DNA of 64,000 nucleotides from Haliotis cracherodii (taxonomy: Eukaryota): assembly GCF_022045235.1 (NCBI RefSeq), contig NW_027266280.1:2170001-2234000 (forward strand), written 5' to 3'. The notes below the pieces were generated by a model that saw only the letters and a list, made by a program, of their open reading frames with translations, had not been told where the DNA came from and did not search any database. This document shows, one piece after another, positions 1-14,500 of the stretch. Position numbers and translations under genes: made by a program. Within the stretch, counting starts at the first letter, position 1. Every line of letters begins with the position of its first letter.

Positions 1-70
1 GAAACGAAACGTGACGGACGGACGGAGCCCGTTTCTATATCCCCCGCCAACTTTGTTGGGCGGGGGATAA
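1..70 (-). mobile_element. 5' end of the same HINE family (runs off the window)
   Basis: Reverse complement matches 56564-56640 (ttatccccc gcccaacaaagttggcgggg...gtccgtccgtcacgtttcgtttc). Related fragments near 31680-32060, 49490-49590 and 53390-53620. Confidence 0.75.
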
Positions 71-2702
71 TAATAATAGTCAAATGTTACCAATTAATTT
101 TCGTTGTTTAACGACGCATCGGCAATAATCGAGTCTGGACGAGACAACCCAGTGATTAACATCATGAGCAGCGAACCGCGTCACTTGGGTACGATGATAC
201 GCATCAACAAAGTCAGCGAGCCTAACCACCTGATCCCTTTGCAACTTCACCACCGTGAACCTAAATATGACACGAAGTGCTAGTTGACGAATACTATGCT
301 CAGATTGTTGACATAACGTGTACTGGGCACACTCGTGCAATTAAAGCTTAAAATGTATCATCAACAATTTTAAACATGACTGATGAGTGCTGTCCCCTTT
401 CTTGCAAATCCAACAAAACATGGTACGGAAAACAGACCGTGATAAACCACCAGTGTTAAAAACACACAAACAACTGGTAACATCGATATGAGAGAAGTTC
501 TTAACAGGAGATACCTCATGCGATGGGAGAGGTATGGCATTTCCGTCACATACGGGTATAACTAGATTAACATTTGGTCTATGATATCTTATTTTACACA
601 ATACCCTTCTCGACTCTAAAAATATTTTTTAAAATTTCCCTATGCTAATTCATGTGGAATAGAGCTATATAGAGCTGGCTAGATTTGCTTTGGTATACGT
701 TTCTAGATTATTTTCATTTTCATAAAAAAAATATATTCCACAATCATTGTGCAGGACACGACGACACAAATACGGTAAAATATTTGACACAGCCAGATCT
801 GCCTTAAAAAACAACCTTTTCTGAGCATCACATCCGTTGGCAAATCCACAGAAGTTAATACATAGTATTTCTGTTTCAGATTAATGAATATTTACGTGAA
901 CAGCAACTATGGCAGCATCTAAGTGTCAGAACACCACACCGGTATCAACACTTCCTGTATACCCGTACCCGGGGACTAGACACATAGAGGTGTCAGGATA
1001 TATGACATTTTTCAGACACATTACGGTATTTCTGTGAGGTTTTACGGAAAATCAGAGAAATGTTAAGGTATATCAAATAGACCTACTGCTTATGGTCTAG
1101 CATCAGTACGCAGTAACAATATAGAGCCAGGGAGACTATACAAAGTGGGTCTATTGGGACACCATGATAGAACACATTTCTTGGTTTCATCTCTGCTCGT
1201 TACCGATGCACAAGAAAGCACTATCAATTATATCGATTCTTAATTCAGCAGTATTCTATTCTTCTTTGATTTTCTGCACATAATTGTTATCCTGATAACC
1301 TGTTTTCTGTCACCGACATTATGGCTGGTATTGGTCACGTGACACTGTAGTCCATACAGGGACAATATCAAAGTGCCATACACGTTGATGCCTAAAACAT
1401 GTTAAACAAATAGACATGAAACAGTAAACTCTTTCAGCATATTTCGTCGTCAATTTGTGTTCAAACCAAACAACTCGGTGACTACAGATTTTGAAGACAT
1501 GTGTTTTAAGAGTAAGTCGGCAAATATACAAAAGGAGTTAATGACTACCCGATTCTTGCACAATACTAAAGTTAATCCGTCATGGCGGTGGCCTCCATCT
1601 ATTTAAAGTAGTATATTTCCATACAGTTTATCGTACATACAGAAGCAACTTCACAATACTTTGGCAATTCTAGATTTCTTCAGTTTCAGGTCAGAAATTC
1701 TCTGATTTTCTATGTATGATATATGCATATCAAAAGACAATTTAACACAAAGATCTTTATGTCATTTCATTTCAGAGACTTCCTATTCGTCCACTCTCTA
1801 TCAAAAGATAAAAATAAATGATACGAAATATGACTGACCCGCAACTTATTTAGATTATGGGCTATTAATGATCTTCAACAAAGGACCAAGTCGCGCATAT
1901 ATACATTATCACCCTTGGGGTTGTATCATTTTTACAACGGTATCTGTTTAAAAAAGCCGAAAGAAAGTCCCATCCATTGTTCACCAAGCCATTACTCTAC
2001 AACACTGCGGTGAAAAGTCATTGTTGTGTTTCCAACGTGTGCAATTTACTTGGATCCGATAGTAGTCATAGTGTAGTCGGAAACCAAATGATGCATATCC
2101 CGAACAAGGGCTCGTGCACGCCGAGAAAGCGCCCCGAACGTGAGATATGTAACCGAAAGAGCAGCTGCGAATGCAGCCTAATGATCAAACAACAGCTTGA
2201 GGCTTTATCCATAGAAATATGAACCTCTGGCTCAGTGTTTAACACAAGCTGGAGAAGTAAATTCACAGAACCCGGCCTTGATAGAAACAGACGGGCTGAT
2301 AACGATCTTTATCATATGTTTTACACAGGGTATAACTGAAATTATTTCCCCAGTGTTCGTCTGTTTTTTAACTAGCCCCCAGATTCAGTACCGAGGGCCC
2401 AGAAATACAACATTTGATGTCACCTTGGCGGCGATGTACGCTAATTCCATCGTGTCCTGTTTAATCTGTCAAAATAAATGTCCTGACAAAGACATGGAAA
2501 TACATTTTGAAATAATCATAAACGTAAGATGTAAGTCCAGGGTCACGTGCCTGCACGTGACTTCATTGTTCACCCAAGTCTCATTATTTACATAATATAC
2601 CAATATCTACACTTGGACTATAATTATACTAGTGTAGCAGTGCGTCAGTATTCTGGAGATTCATGATAATTCAGAAGGGGTGATGCCTAACTGCTAGGGA
2701 CC

Positions 2703-2810
2703 AGGGTGGCGTTGTACAAAACAACCTTAGGCCTAAGACTGTCGTAAGTCTAAGTTAAGGTATTGGAGTTACGATCACCTTAGCGCTAATATCGCTTTGA
2801 ACAACGGCAC
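2703..2810. mobile_element. Small MITE-like repeat
   Basis: Imperfect terminal IR ggtggcgttgtacaaa/tttgaacaacggcacc; an inverted relative lies near 29165-29270. Confidence 0.5.
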
Positions 2811-2826
2811 CAAGTCATTTATTGTA

Positions 2827-2987
2827 GTGAGTGAGTATGGTTTTACGCCGCTATTAGCAATATTCCAGCAATATCACGGCGGGGGACACCCGAAATGGGC
2901 TTCACACATTTTACCCACGTCGGGAATCGAACCCGGGTCTTCGGCGTGACGAGCGAACGCTTTAACCACGAGGCTACCCGACCGCCC
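2827..2987 (-). mobile_element. tRNA-derived SINE, family A (full length)
   Basis: A box (GTAGCCTCGTGGTTAAAGC), B box (GGGTTCGATTCCC), GTC anticodon-like loop, (CACT)n tail; 12-bp TSD tcatttattgta at 2815-2826 and 2988-2999. Confidence 0.92.
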
Positions 2988-4239
2988 TCATTTATTGTAA
3001 GGGGAGGGAGACCCGAAATACTGACAGTCTTTAGGGGAGGGTCATAAAAAATAATACACATTTTTGGGCAGGGTTATGAAATAATAACATTAAAAATTAA
3101 ATACAAAGAGCTTTTGCATTTTGTCTTTTCAGAGAGGGTCACAAACGACATGTGCATTAAAACTAGCTTCAAACAGTACAATGGTCGACAGGGTCGGACA
3201 TAACCTTAAATTTTGTATAAAACCTACATCGTACTTCGTGATCAGTGTGCACCACGCGGGGGAGAAAAGAGTATTGGATGATACCATATCCTGTACAACA
3301 ATCACAACACACAGCTAACAATCCGGAAACAGGAAAGTGGTGTTAACTCAAATCCATCTTCTAAATCTACCGTTCAAGGGAGAGAACTGAGTGTTGTTAC
3401 CCTCGTCCAAGTCAGCGGCGCGCTGAGGAAACCGCCATCGTTGGGTCTTTAATAGACTTGCACAAGTCTCAAAGACAATTATTATTAGTTTAAATCATGA
3501 TTTCTAGATTATGTAAATAATAAGAACAAGCTGTCCCTATAAGAGACTGTAGTCTTTGTAATGTCCACATGTCAAGACTTGCCTATTAAGAGGATACAAT
3601 TACTACACATCTATGGACATTTCTCTCAGTACAGCCTTGGAGCAAGGCTACGCATACAGTGATATCATTATATATCTTTTTCACTCACTACATATTTCGT
3701 CAGTTAAGCATCCACTGCACCAATGAGCAGGTGCGCCGGGGATACGACAGGACGGCCCTTGGAACAAAACTAACGTCCACAATATACTGCATGCGATACT
3801 TCTTACTAAACATCCGGGCAGCAGAAAGTATACACCCTTGCTTGAGGGTGGTTCAACATGAAACACACAAGAAATGGTTATTCGATGGTGATGTATTTGA
3901 TACGGGTATCATAGTTGTGTTTTCGACCTTAAGTTCGAGGGGTTTCGGATCTATTTTCAGCCTAGTAACGTTTTGATAAAGATTGAAATATTTTGGTCAA
4001 ATTCAATTTTCAAGTGTATACTTTCTTTAGGCGGATAGTTTATATACTGTTTGTTGCAAGGTGAAAAGGGAATTTGAAGAAATGATAATTTAGAAAGCAA
4101 TACTGTTGGTTGGCGGATTCAAGTATCTCGCAAGGAATTACATTTATCAGCAGTGTATGACTATTAATCCAACAATGAATATTCGGAGTACAAAATAGTT
4201 TGTTAAAGCTACCCCCACACACTTTAAACGTCTTATTGT

Positions 4240-4402
4240 TGAGTGAGTGAGTACGGTTTTACGCCGATTTTAGCAATATTCCAGCAATATCACGGCGGGT
4301 GACACAGGAATGGGCTTCACACATTGTACCCATGTCGGGAATCGAACCCGGGTCTTCGGTGTGACGAGCGAACGCTTTAACCACAAGGCTACCCGACCGC
4401 CC
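4240..4402 (-). mobile_element. SINE family A
   Basis: Near-identical to 2827-2987. Further partial or decayed copies near 4763-4831, 5405-5520, 9018-9088, 35470-35563 and 61930-62005. Confidence 0.9.
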
Positions 4403-7400
4403 ATACACAATTTGAACATAATTGTCCTTTAGAGCATAGACTCCTGTATGTGTCATCCTTGCACTGGGCAGGTAAAGGAAGACAATAGCATAACGCCATC
4501 ACGTCATCCTAGATAGTGATATTAAACACACACTAGTGTCATCCCAGCCCGAAGGAGTACAGGTTAATATCTGATTAATGATCCTCCGCGTTATTTGTGT
4601 CGTGCAGGATCTATCAGCATGTAGGAATTGGAACATTAGCAAAAACTGCTGTATTGTTATTCATAATAATCACGGGTAACACTGAAGTAAGCCAATGTTC
4701 AAATTTCTGAGAGTTCTCAATCTATGGACTGCACAAGTCGCTATCCGTGTCTTGAGTGAAGGAGTGAGTGAGTTTGGTTTTAGCAATATTTCAGCAATAT
4801 CACGGAGAGAGACACCAGAAATGGGCTCCACATAAGTGAATGAGTGAGTCTGTGAGTGATTTTAACGCCGTTTCGGCTGTTTTCTGAACAGATATATGTG
4901 TTGCCATCACCTCGTTTGTTACCACGCCAACCATTAATCATTGTCGTGTCTACGTGTCCTACAACCAGCCTGTCAGAGACTTGTGTTTCACATGTATGCG
5001 CTGACAGTTATTGACTCAACTGATTCACTTAATATCTGGACGTGGAATGACAGAGAACGCCGCCATCTTACATTTCTGCACCACACTTGTTCACCAACTC
5101 CGTCCACAAACATGTCCTATACTCCGGATACGTTAATTTGGATACATGCTAATCCGGGCGATTTCAATGATTCTCCCGAGTTGGTGGGTTACATATACAT
5201 TCACGTTTTCATATAAAAATGTGCGTGAAATAACTGACTAGGTTCGAATCTCGGCGCTCAACATTAATGTGCGCTAACCAATACCCCCTGGACCTCAGTG
5301 TAACAGCACTGGTCACGTGATACTGACGTTCTGGGTCAGGGATTGAGGTTCAGTTGTCATGGTGATATTGTCATACTGGGTCACAGAGCACGACCCACCC
5401 ATACATTCCAGCCATACCACAGCCTGGAACACCATGAATGGACTTCACACATTGTACCCATCCGGGAAATCAAACCCAGTTTTCAGGTCCGTGAGCCACT
5501 GCGTTAACCACCTGGCCACCGCAGTTCGCGGTCTGGGTTTGAGGGAACAATAGTTCGATTCCGTTATCTATGCATGTTGATCCACACGTGATCTTTGTGT
5601 TTCGACATTGGTCGAGTAGACGGGTATGTTCTTGAATAGGCTGCAATGTTGCTGGTTGATTCGTCCATGTTCACGTGCTCTCAACTTCGACACGTGTCCT
5701 TAACATAATCCAGCAAAGTTCTAACATGTGTCGATACCATACTAACACTGATATGTATTCCTACACCACCCGTTAGTCCCTTAAAAAAACGTATCTATTT
5801 AAAAGTATACATCTGCACATAAAAATAAAATCCAAATGGGAGCCCAGGACAATTCTTTATTCCCAGAGTTGAGGCAATCTATGCTTGCCGACTCATTCTA
5901 ACTTACGCTAACAAGTTAAATTCATTTTTTAATTTATTTAGGGGTCTGGAGACTTATATGTTCCTAAAGGATAAGATCCATATAGAAAGAAATAGGGACT
6001 TGATTTGTTTTCTTCATTTTAGAATGTAACACACCCCCCGTTTGTATTTGTATCATTCTCCTGATGTACGTACTAGAACAGAAAGACACCGTGTAGTGTA
6101 GTCAGGTATAAGTGTCATTCGCCGGTGAGTGAGAATAGTTTTACGACACTTAAAGCAACATTCCAGCCACACACAAGCGGAAGGACAGCAAGGATACATA
6201 AACATGCATGAGAACCTAGCTGGAACGACTTTTAGCAATATTTACAGAACCGCATGACATTGCCAGAAAGTTTTGATAGAGGTTTCCTGGTGTGAGTGTT
6301 TTTGAAAACAAACATGGCGACAAATCATTTGGCACTATATAATAAATGGGTCGGTTCACTCAGGCTGCGTATTTATACGCTATTTCTAATTTACATAAGT
6401 TGGCGAAAATTATAAGAATTACAGTTTATGATAAAGAGATAACACCCTCGTTTGTCCTGTACAGTAAGTACTCCATATAAGAATAACAAGCACGTATACC
6501 TAACGAATGATATTTACAATAGGAACACTCACTCGGCAAAATAGATAAATAAATTAATAAATATAGCACACCCTTACTGACGGGATAATTCTATAAGTAC
6601 TTGACTTAGAATACATACACACGTGACTGCCAAGGTTATTCTCCGTCTTGGGAGCTGTGCGGCTCATGTGGTATATGCGATTTCTTCCCGTCGACCTGCA
6701 AATCCCACCTGACACTGTACTCAAGACGTGCCCTGCTTGCAACGTCTAATTCGCCGTCACTAATGTTCGGAGACATGTGCATGATTTCTCGGAGCCTGAC
6801 AAGTCGGTTTTAAACGGATTAATGAGCGTCATAGGCAGTAATACATTAGGGAGCTTTAGTAGTTTGTTCGTATTTGAAAAACAACATTATAAACGAAAGC
6901 AGGACATATAAAGAAGACTTAGTTCTAAAACATCCAAGCTTCAAACTGACAAAATTTAACATGCAAAATACCTGCAGTATTTCACGAATGCGTTCAGATG
7001 TCATATGAATAGTTAAGTGGTCAACGGCAGACTATTTGCGCATAACAAACCCGACCTTTAGCGAACGAAATTTGACAATGAAAGCGATGTTTATTTTCAT
7101 GCTGTATCAGACTAATAAATGGGAACTCATAATAATTGATAAATAATGTACCCATGTATGTCAGGTTTGTAACCCAATTACTTATAGCTACAAAACAAGC
7201 TAATAACTGCTAAAATGAATATTCAACTTATTTGGTTACAGCTACGGTGCTTATTGATTTTTTATTATTTTGCTAAAACCCATACACTCACAAATAATTA
7301 AATTCGAGAACCTTGACAGCTGTGACGCGGAAACTGCTACACTGCCAGTCAGGTCACTACATGTTTTCAACATAATATTAGAGAAAACACCAAATGTTTG

Positions 7401-10400
7401 ACAAATCGACAATTAGCTGGAGTTTAACAATTCCCAACTACTGGAGACAGGAAAGCGTCAAACTTTGCAATAGTAGAAGATTTAAATTCAATTGTCCAAA
7501 TTTCCCGATTCATATTTCCTGGGCGTCTTGCTGACCAGCGATATGATGTGTCATTGCAGACACAACCCGGAAATGTTTTAAGCATAGTTGATGCAACAGT
7601 GGTCATACTAAACCAGGGAATAACAGGGACTTACACCTTCATGTGAATGGAACAATAACACTATCCGGAAGTCATTTTCTGCTTCCAGCTTACTTTCGTT
7701 GTAACACAAATGAATGCATTGATGCCGTGACCACATCCCAGAGGCGTTCTCGGGACTGGGAATGGTATTTTGTAACCGCCAATATTGTTTTATCCAACAG
7801 CTCTTAATCGCAAATATTACATTTTTAGCTGGGCCTATTATTAAAGGGAAAATCAAACACAAAATTGGATTTTGCAGTGCCTTATGCACACGTCGGAAAG
7901 GAACCTTACACAATCTAAAGAACATGAATATAATAGACGTCTTCTGTTACTGTGAAGCTTCAACAAATAGCACAAAGAATGAAATATAGGAGCGCCGACT
8001 TTCACAGACACAATAAAACACATTTTGACCGATATATTTCTAACTAAAACCAAAAGAATTTATTTTAATAAGAATCAAGAAATACTGAAAAGACCTGAAG
8101 GGCCTCGAGATGTACACAAAACAGAACTTTTCTATGAATGTCTTGAAAACAATATAGTCCCCAAAATATAGGAATAGAAACTACCACTAGCCCAAGTCCG
8201 TTTTGCTATCAAGGTATCCAAAGGCAGGTAGAGCCTCAAAGAGTTGGGGGATGTTCTTTCTGTTATCACTATTCCTGCCAGTAGACCTTCTACATTAATG
8301 TCTATATTAATAGTTTTGTCTCTAACTAGTTCCCTTTATACAATGGTCTACCATAACAGCCTCGCCATACAGGAAATAGTCCCATGTCGCTAGGCCTTGT
8401 GAAACACCACAGGTGTTGGAAAAAGCCCGCTGGATAACAAATACATGTCCTGCTGTCCCTCTAAATATTCATGATTATTTTCATTAGTTTATATTTTAAC
8501 TATTGTGTGATCGATGGGCTGATCTGATCTGGGTACTTCCGGGATGCTAGTCGCTGAACATCGCCAGGCGTGTTCCCTGACAACTAGTTGTCGCGGGAAT
8601 AGTAGCATAGCCGGAGACGGAAGGTGGTTGTAATATATGCTGCTGTTAGCTGTATTTTGCAGAAATACCACGACAGGGGTCGCTATCAGTCCTGCGCCAT
8701 GACTGTGGAATATATATATATATATATTTATTATGTTTTTTTACTAAACGCCTAGGCAAGTCCAGATAACACTAAATCAAGTCTTGTTTCCTTGATTCCA
8801 CAGTGAAAACAGCAGAAGAGGAAAGGTTCTTTTGGAAAAAAAATAAAAAAATATTACAATTATCTAAAAGAAATAGTTTCATAGACTAAGCGTTAGTCCA
8901 GGCTCACTATCAATGGGTTTCACATTGAACCCCTGTCACTCGTGTCATTCCCAGACAAGCCCTTTGTCTTCCTGTAGGTTAATACGGGGAAATGCGAGTA
9001 GTGACGAATGACTGCATGTATGTGGGGAATCGAACCCGGGTCTGCGGGGTGACGAGCGAACACGTGACCATGTTTTACCTCGCCACCCTAGAAGGAGACA
9101 ACTATTCCACTAATACCATTAAAATTGTCATACCATATTTATTTAATAACAAAGTTAGTTTTGTGTGGTAGATGTATTCCGTTTCACGATAAAAAAATCC
9201 AATCCAATTCTAAATTAATAATCGTAAAGGGCGTTGACTGGCAATTAAACCAAATGTATGAATAAATGAGTTCACCTTAATAACATGTTCAAAAACAAAT
9301 CCTTCTTTTTACTTACATATTTATTCAACAATTCGAAATCTTCTAATAATATACTACAAAATTAAACGTTGTTTTGTTTGACTCCCATTAAGTCATATTA
9401 CGTCATGCTTCTTGGCGAGCTTATTAACATCATTTACCAAACAAAACACAAAAAGACTGCCGTTTATTTTGCTATGCTGCACCCGTGATGAGATTTGAAA
9501 TTAGAAGAAAAATACAAGTAAAATGTCGATTATCCAATTCGTTTTACATTTCAATATGGACGAGTACCACCAAAATAGAGGCCAGCTTCGTTCTAGAAAT
9601 CAAAATATCAAACTCGGACGTCTGTGATTCATGTTAATTGTTCTGCGACCTCTGATCGTTTGGTGATTTTAGATCCAATATTGCTAATACGCCAAGCGTG
9701 ATTGTTTTAAGAAGCAGTTACTATTTGTCAAGACGCCGCCCCCAATCGACCAACCCACATGTCCGCCTTATCTAAAGCCCCTTCCTCAAACAACGACTCA
9801 TCACGTGGCCTCGTTTCTCACTCGAATGTCCATTGTGCCGGGGTGTCGTATAACCGAACGCATTACTCATGGTTAGGGCTCCATAACGGCAGCTACAACC
9901 CTGACCTTGGATACGGCACTATGGAAAGAAACGGCGACAGATGCAAGAAAGTTGGTCATAATAGACAGTGTCAAGTCCAGACCCCGCAGTCCAGGGTAGG
10001 CTTCATTCTCCACACAATGACTTCCTGACCGGTATTACAATTGAACGCTTCGTTAAGGGGGAAAATGAGATTTGCAAGTCATGCCTGGCTGGATTCAGTT
10101 GGAGGGATAGCATTTGTTCTTGTCGATAAATAAAACAGCTCTAAATCTGGGTACTTTATCCAGATATACAGTTGTTGGGAGATTGTTGGTTGCATAAATC
10201 AGGAAGCCTAGTGACACTATCTTCCTCTCATGTTTGAATTATGAATTATAAATCGTGAAACACCGCATTATACTTGGTTATGTATTCCAGGTCGTCTCAA
10301 TTACTGCATCGGAGTTATGCAACGATAAAGTCCCAATACTTTCTTACGATGCGATACACACTTGACTTCGCCCAAGACACTTGAGCAACAACAACAATTA

Positions 10401-10460
10401 TAACATATACACACTCTACGTGCATGCGTCTGAATGAAAACAAACATAGAGCCCCACACC

Positions 10461-11570
10461 ACTGAGATGGGGGATGAGTGTAGGCTTCTAGAGCCGTGAA
10501 GGGGGTGAGCATAAGTTGTTAGAGCTGAGAAGGGGATGGGTATAGGCTGCTAGACCTGAGATGGCGATGGGTATAGGCTGCTAGAGCTGAGAAGGGGATG
10601 GGTATAGGTTGTTAGAGCTGAGATGGGGAAGGGTATAGGCTTCTAGAGCTGAGATGGGGATGGGTATAGGCTGCTAGAGCTGAGATGGGGATGGGTATAG
10701 GTTGTTAGAGCTTAGATGGGGATGGGTATAGGCTACTAGAGCTGAGATGGGGATGGGTATAGGCTGCTAGAGTTGAGAAGGGGATGGGTATAGGCTGCTA
10801 GAGCTGAGAAGGGGATGGGTATAGGCTGCTAGAGCTGAGAAGGGGGTGGGTATAGGCTGCTAGAGCTGAGAAGGGGATGGGTATAGGCTGCTAGAGCTGA
10901 GCAGGCGATGAATATAGGCTGCTGGAGCTGAGATGGGGATGGGTATAGGCTGCTAGAGCTGAGAAGGGGATGCGTATAGGCTGCTAGAGCTGAGAAGGGG
11001 ATGCGTATAGGCTGCTACAGCTGAGATGGGGATGGATATAGGCTGCTAGAGCTGAGAAGGGGATGCGTATAGGCTGCTAGAGCTGAGATGGGGATGGGTA
11101 TAGGCTGCTAGAGCTGAGAAGGGGATGCGTATAGGCTGCTAGAGCTGAGAAGGGGATGCGTATAGGCTGCTACAGCTGAGATGGGGATGGGTATAGGCTG
11201 CTAGAGTTGAGAAGGGGATGGGTATAGGCTGCTAGAGCTGAGATGGGGATGGGTATAGGCTGCTAGAGCTGAGATGGGGATGGGTATAGGCTGCTAGACC
11301 TGAGATGGGGATGGGTATAGGCTGCTAGAGCTGAGAAGGGGATGGGTATAGGCTGCTAGAGCTGAGAAGGGGATGGGTATAGGCTGCTAGAACTGAGAAG
11401 GGGATGGGTATAGGCTGCTAGAGCTGAGATGGGGATGGGTATAGGCTGCTAGAGCTGAGATGGGGATGGGTATAGGCTGCTAGAGCTGAGAAGGGGATGG
11501 GTATAGGCTGCTAGAGCTGAGAAGGCGATGAATATAGGCTGCTGGAGCTGAGAATGGGGATGGGCATTGG
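10461..11570. repeat. 31-bp G-rich minisatellite, ~35 copies
   Basis: Unit GGCTGCTAGAGCTGAGA(T/A)GGGGATGGGTATA. Confidence 0.97.
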
Positions 11571-14500
11571 CTGCTGAATGAGATTAGAATTGGGGACGTC
11601 GTTTTGTTACAAACGTGCTCTGGGGTGTGTGAGAGATTAATCAATCGATGCATCTTGAGGTCCGTGTGGGTCCTGATGACGAACAATGAAAATGATGTTC
11701 GTGGCTTAAAAAAATATATAATGCGTTCTCTTACACAAAACAATAATACAATACTGAGAGGTAGGTACATTATGTAACTTATCTGGACTACCAGGCATGA
11801 ACCATCAACACTAATGCCAGCATCAGCTCATTAGTGGTGTCGCCCACAGTTGGAAAATAAACCCAGTTCAAAGTCTTAATATTTGCCAAGAACAAAAATG
11901 GTCACATCTATCTACAGTCCCTGACGGATATACAGACGGAATTGATGGGAGATCGAGGACTAACAGGACGATGACAGGTCCTATTTTACATGTATGAAGT
12001 TGAGGACCACCCGATTCTTTCCTATTACTGAACTTAACATGCCATGACAGATTAACTATAGTAATATGGAAGATTCAACTTTTTTAGTAGTATAAAGGTA
12101 ATTTTACACTACAGTATTGAATCTGTTGACATTTGACACAGGTTCCAAATTCGTGTGAATTTAATGAAGATCAAATAACAGTCGTAACACGACATAAAAC
12201 TGTAAAACCTGTTTCGAGTGTGTATATAATCTGTGATTTATCTATGTTATCCAACACAATACATTTCTTTTCCAAGTTCTGAACATCCAATGAGTTGATG
12301 GACGATGGAGGTAACCATTAGAACAAATAAGTTTCTGGTGAACAGAAAAAAACTGTTTGCCTGGAATTCAGTCATCCATAACATCATTTCCGCATGCCGC
12401 TCAGGAGACCAGGCAGGACGGTGCTCTGGTACCCTATACCCATGGGAAACTGGCTGTCGCCGTCTACACGTACTTACCACTCTCGCATAGTCACAGCCGC
12501 CTGACGTGAATTCAGTGAGACTTCGCCGTCTTAGAGTGTGAAACTTTCACTCACTTTGTCGTGTGTCGCCGGGAAGGTGGACAGAACAGCCGCACGCTAT
12601 TCACGCTCATAACGAAAAATGGATCCTTGGAATCTTCATATTTCTGTGCACATGTGAAACTGTAGCCTGTGTCAGTATGAGATGAGACGAGACACCCTGT
12701 AATACCGCTGACATCTAAGATTTACTGAAAACTATACATTGTTTGCTGTCTGGAACACTCGATCGAGCGCGTACGCATCTCCTTCGTTTCAATAGCTACC
12801 CCATAGACAAAGGGATTAAAAATACCAAAGACAGAACATTATCAGATTAGTTAGCTACAAAAATATTACCTAAATTCAAATTGTTTGTTTGATGTTTGCT
12901 ACACTTTGAACACTGCAGTGATGTATCTGAGAAAGAGACAAATATTCATTTCCTTCGATATCGACGGAAAATCAAAGGGAGATTACTCTCAATGCCATAT
13001 CGCAAGCTTCGAACACGGTTGGTCAGTTTTCAAGTGTTGGGAGATAACAAATCAATGACAGCAAATAAATATCTTTGGTACTCCGGTTCAATATCCACCA
13101 AACATCGAATTTCGACAGCGTTCGTACAGAAACGTCGACATCATTTTTGACATGTCTTTCAAAGTACAAACCTCAAATCATTAGCTGTATCATAAATACG
13201 AAATAAATACTTCAAAAGTGATGGTACAGTAATCGGATTTTGCTCAAAGCTCGAATAATAATAACTTTCGTTTGGAAAATAAAGATCTATTTCGGTAGGG
13301 CTAAAGGGGCAGATACAGATCTCTAAGTTGGTATTTGATTGTGATTCATGAACATGCCCACGCTAAAGTCGGAATCGTACAACGGACTCGGCTATCAGCA
13401 AGGATTTTATGAATATGGAAATATTTCTCGCTTTTATTTAACCTTTCAGACAGAAATCAGCTTTGGTGGAGTTTGTAATCACAACGTTAAAGGTATCCTG
13501 GGGATCAAGCTAACTTGAAGAATATCATGAGATGTCTCAAAATGAAATTAATCATCACTATTCGTTTAGAGAACTCAAGAAGACGGTTTGGATTTTCAGC
13601 TTGAAATACGAGTTTACGACAAAAAGGTTAGAACTCAAACGTGTGACATACTAGTAAACATTCTTTAGACGAATAGTAGAATCTAATCGATTACCTTGCA
13701 TCCAACATGTTAAAAGTGGCATTTGCTCTGTGCAGATGTGTGGAAACGTACATTTGTCAGAGATGTTCTCCAAATTGTGGAGCATTTATTTTGTTCAATC
13801 TGTTCTCCGAGGGTGAAAATTACTTCTTGCTATCCTATCATTCAGTTCAACAAATTTCACGTGCTTAAATACCATGTCTGAATACCCACAATCCGAGAAA
13901 CCGGAAACTCGCGTGTCAGTTTTGAGGATTTCAGGCGCCAAACAATAGTTTATACTTGTACATTGCATTTCACCTCTCACTGCCACACAGCATTATCAAT
14001 ATTACAACCCCAAAACAAGTCCCGTGGTTAGTTCTTGTGACTGGGGTTACGGTTCGAGCACCTGTCCATCACGTGGGATTACAAACCTACCCCACATTGT
14101 GTGATAACGAATGAACAGATCTTAAAACCTGCACATATAGTCAGAGCACAATAACGACCATGCCATCATCAAGGAAATCAAACATTGTCGCATGTCTACA
14201 GTGAGTGCAAACTAATCGATTGGTCTGCCTGCTTTCGGGGACTTTAACCGCAAATCTGCCTAGAACAATAGCATCTGTGCAATTAACAAGCAGTCGGAAT
14301 ATATATTCTCGTTCGCAGTATTTATGTCCGTCTCCGGTGCGAATGTACGGACCCGATGCAACAGCGTTGAAAGCTAAACAAGTCCTCTCAATTGGCCTGA
14401 TATAAAATGTACAAGACATTTGTCATCCCTTGGTCATCTCCATACTTGCATCGCGAGGCAGATGGCGAGGACTAAATGAACGTGCACGTAGTGAGTGTGG

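Noticed and set aside
2827-2987. tRNA-Asp-like genes here and at other family A/C copies
   Set aside because: No proper acceptor stem; they continue into shared tails and have TSDs, so they are SINE heads.
10461-11570. CRISPR-like array (also considered for the 20-, 24- and 39-bp arrays)
   Set aside because: Head-to-tail units without unique spacers, no cas genes, eukaryotic context.
12478-12488. Minus-strand ATG CGA GAG TG| as a tubulin MRE(C) first exon
   Set aside because: Only 11 nt, and no downstream tubulin exons in the 12 kb to the left.
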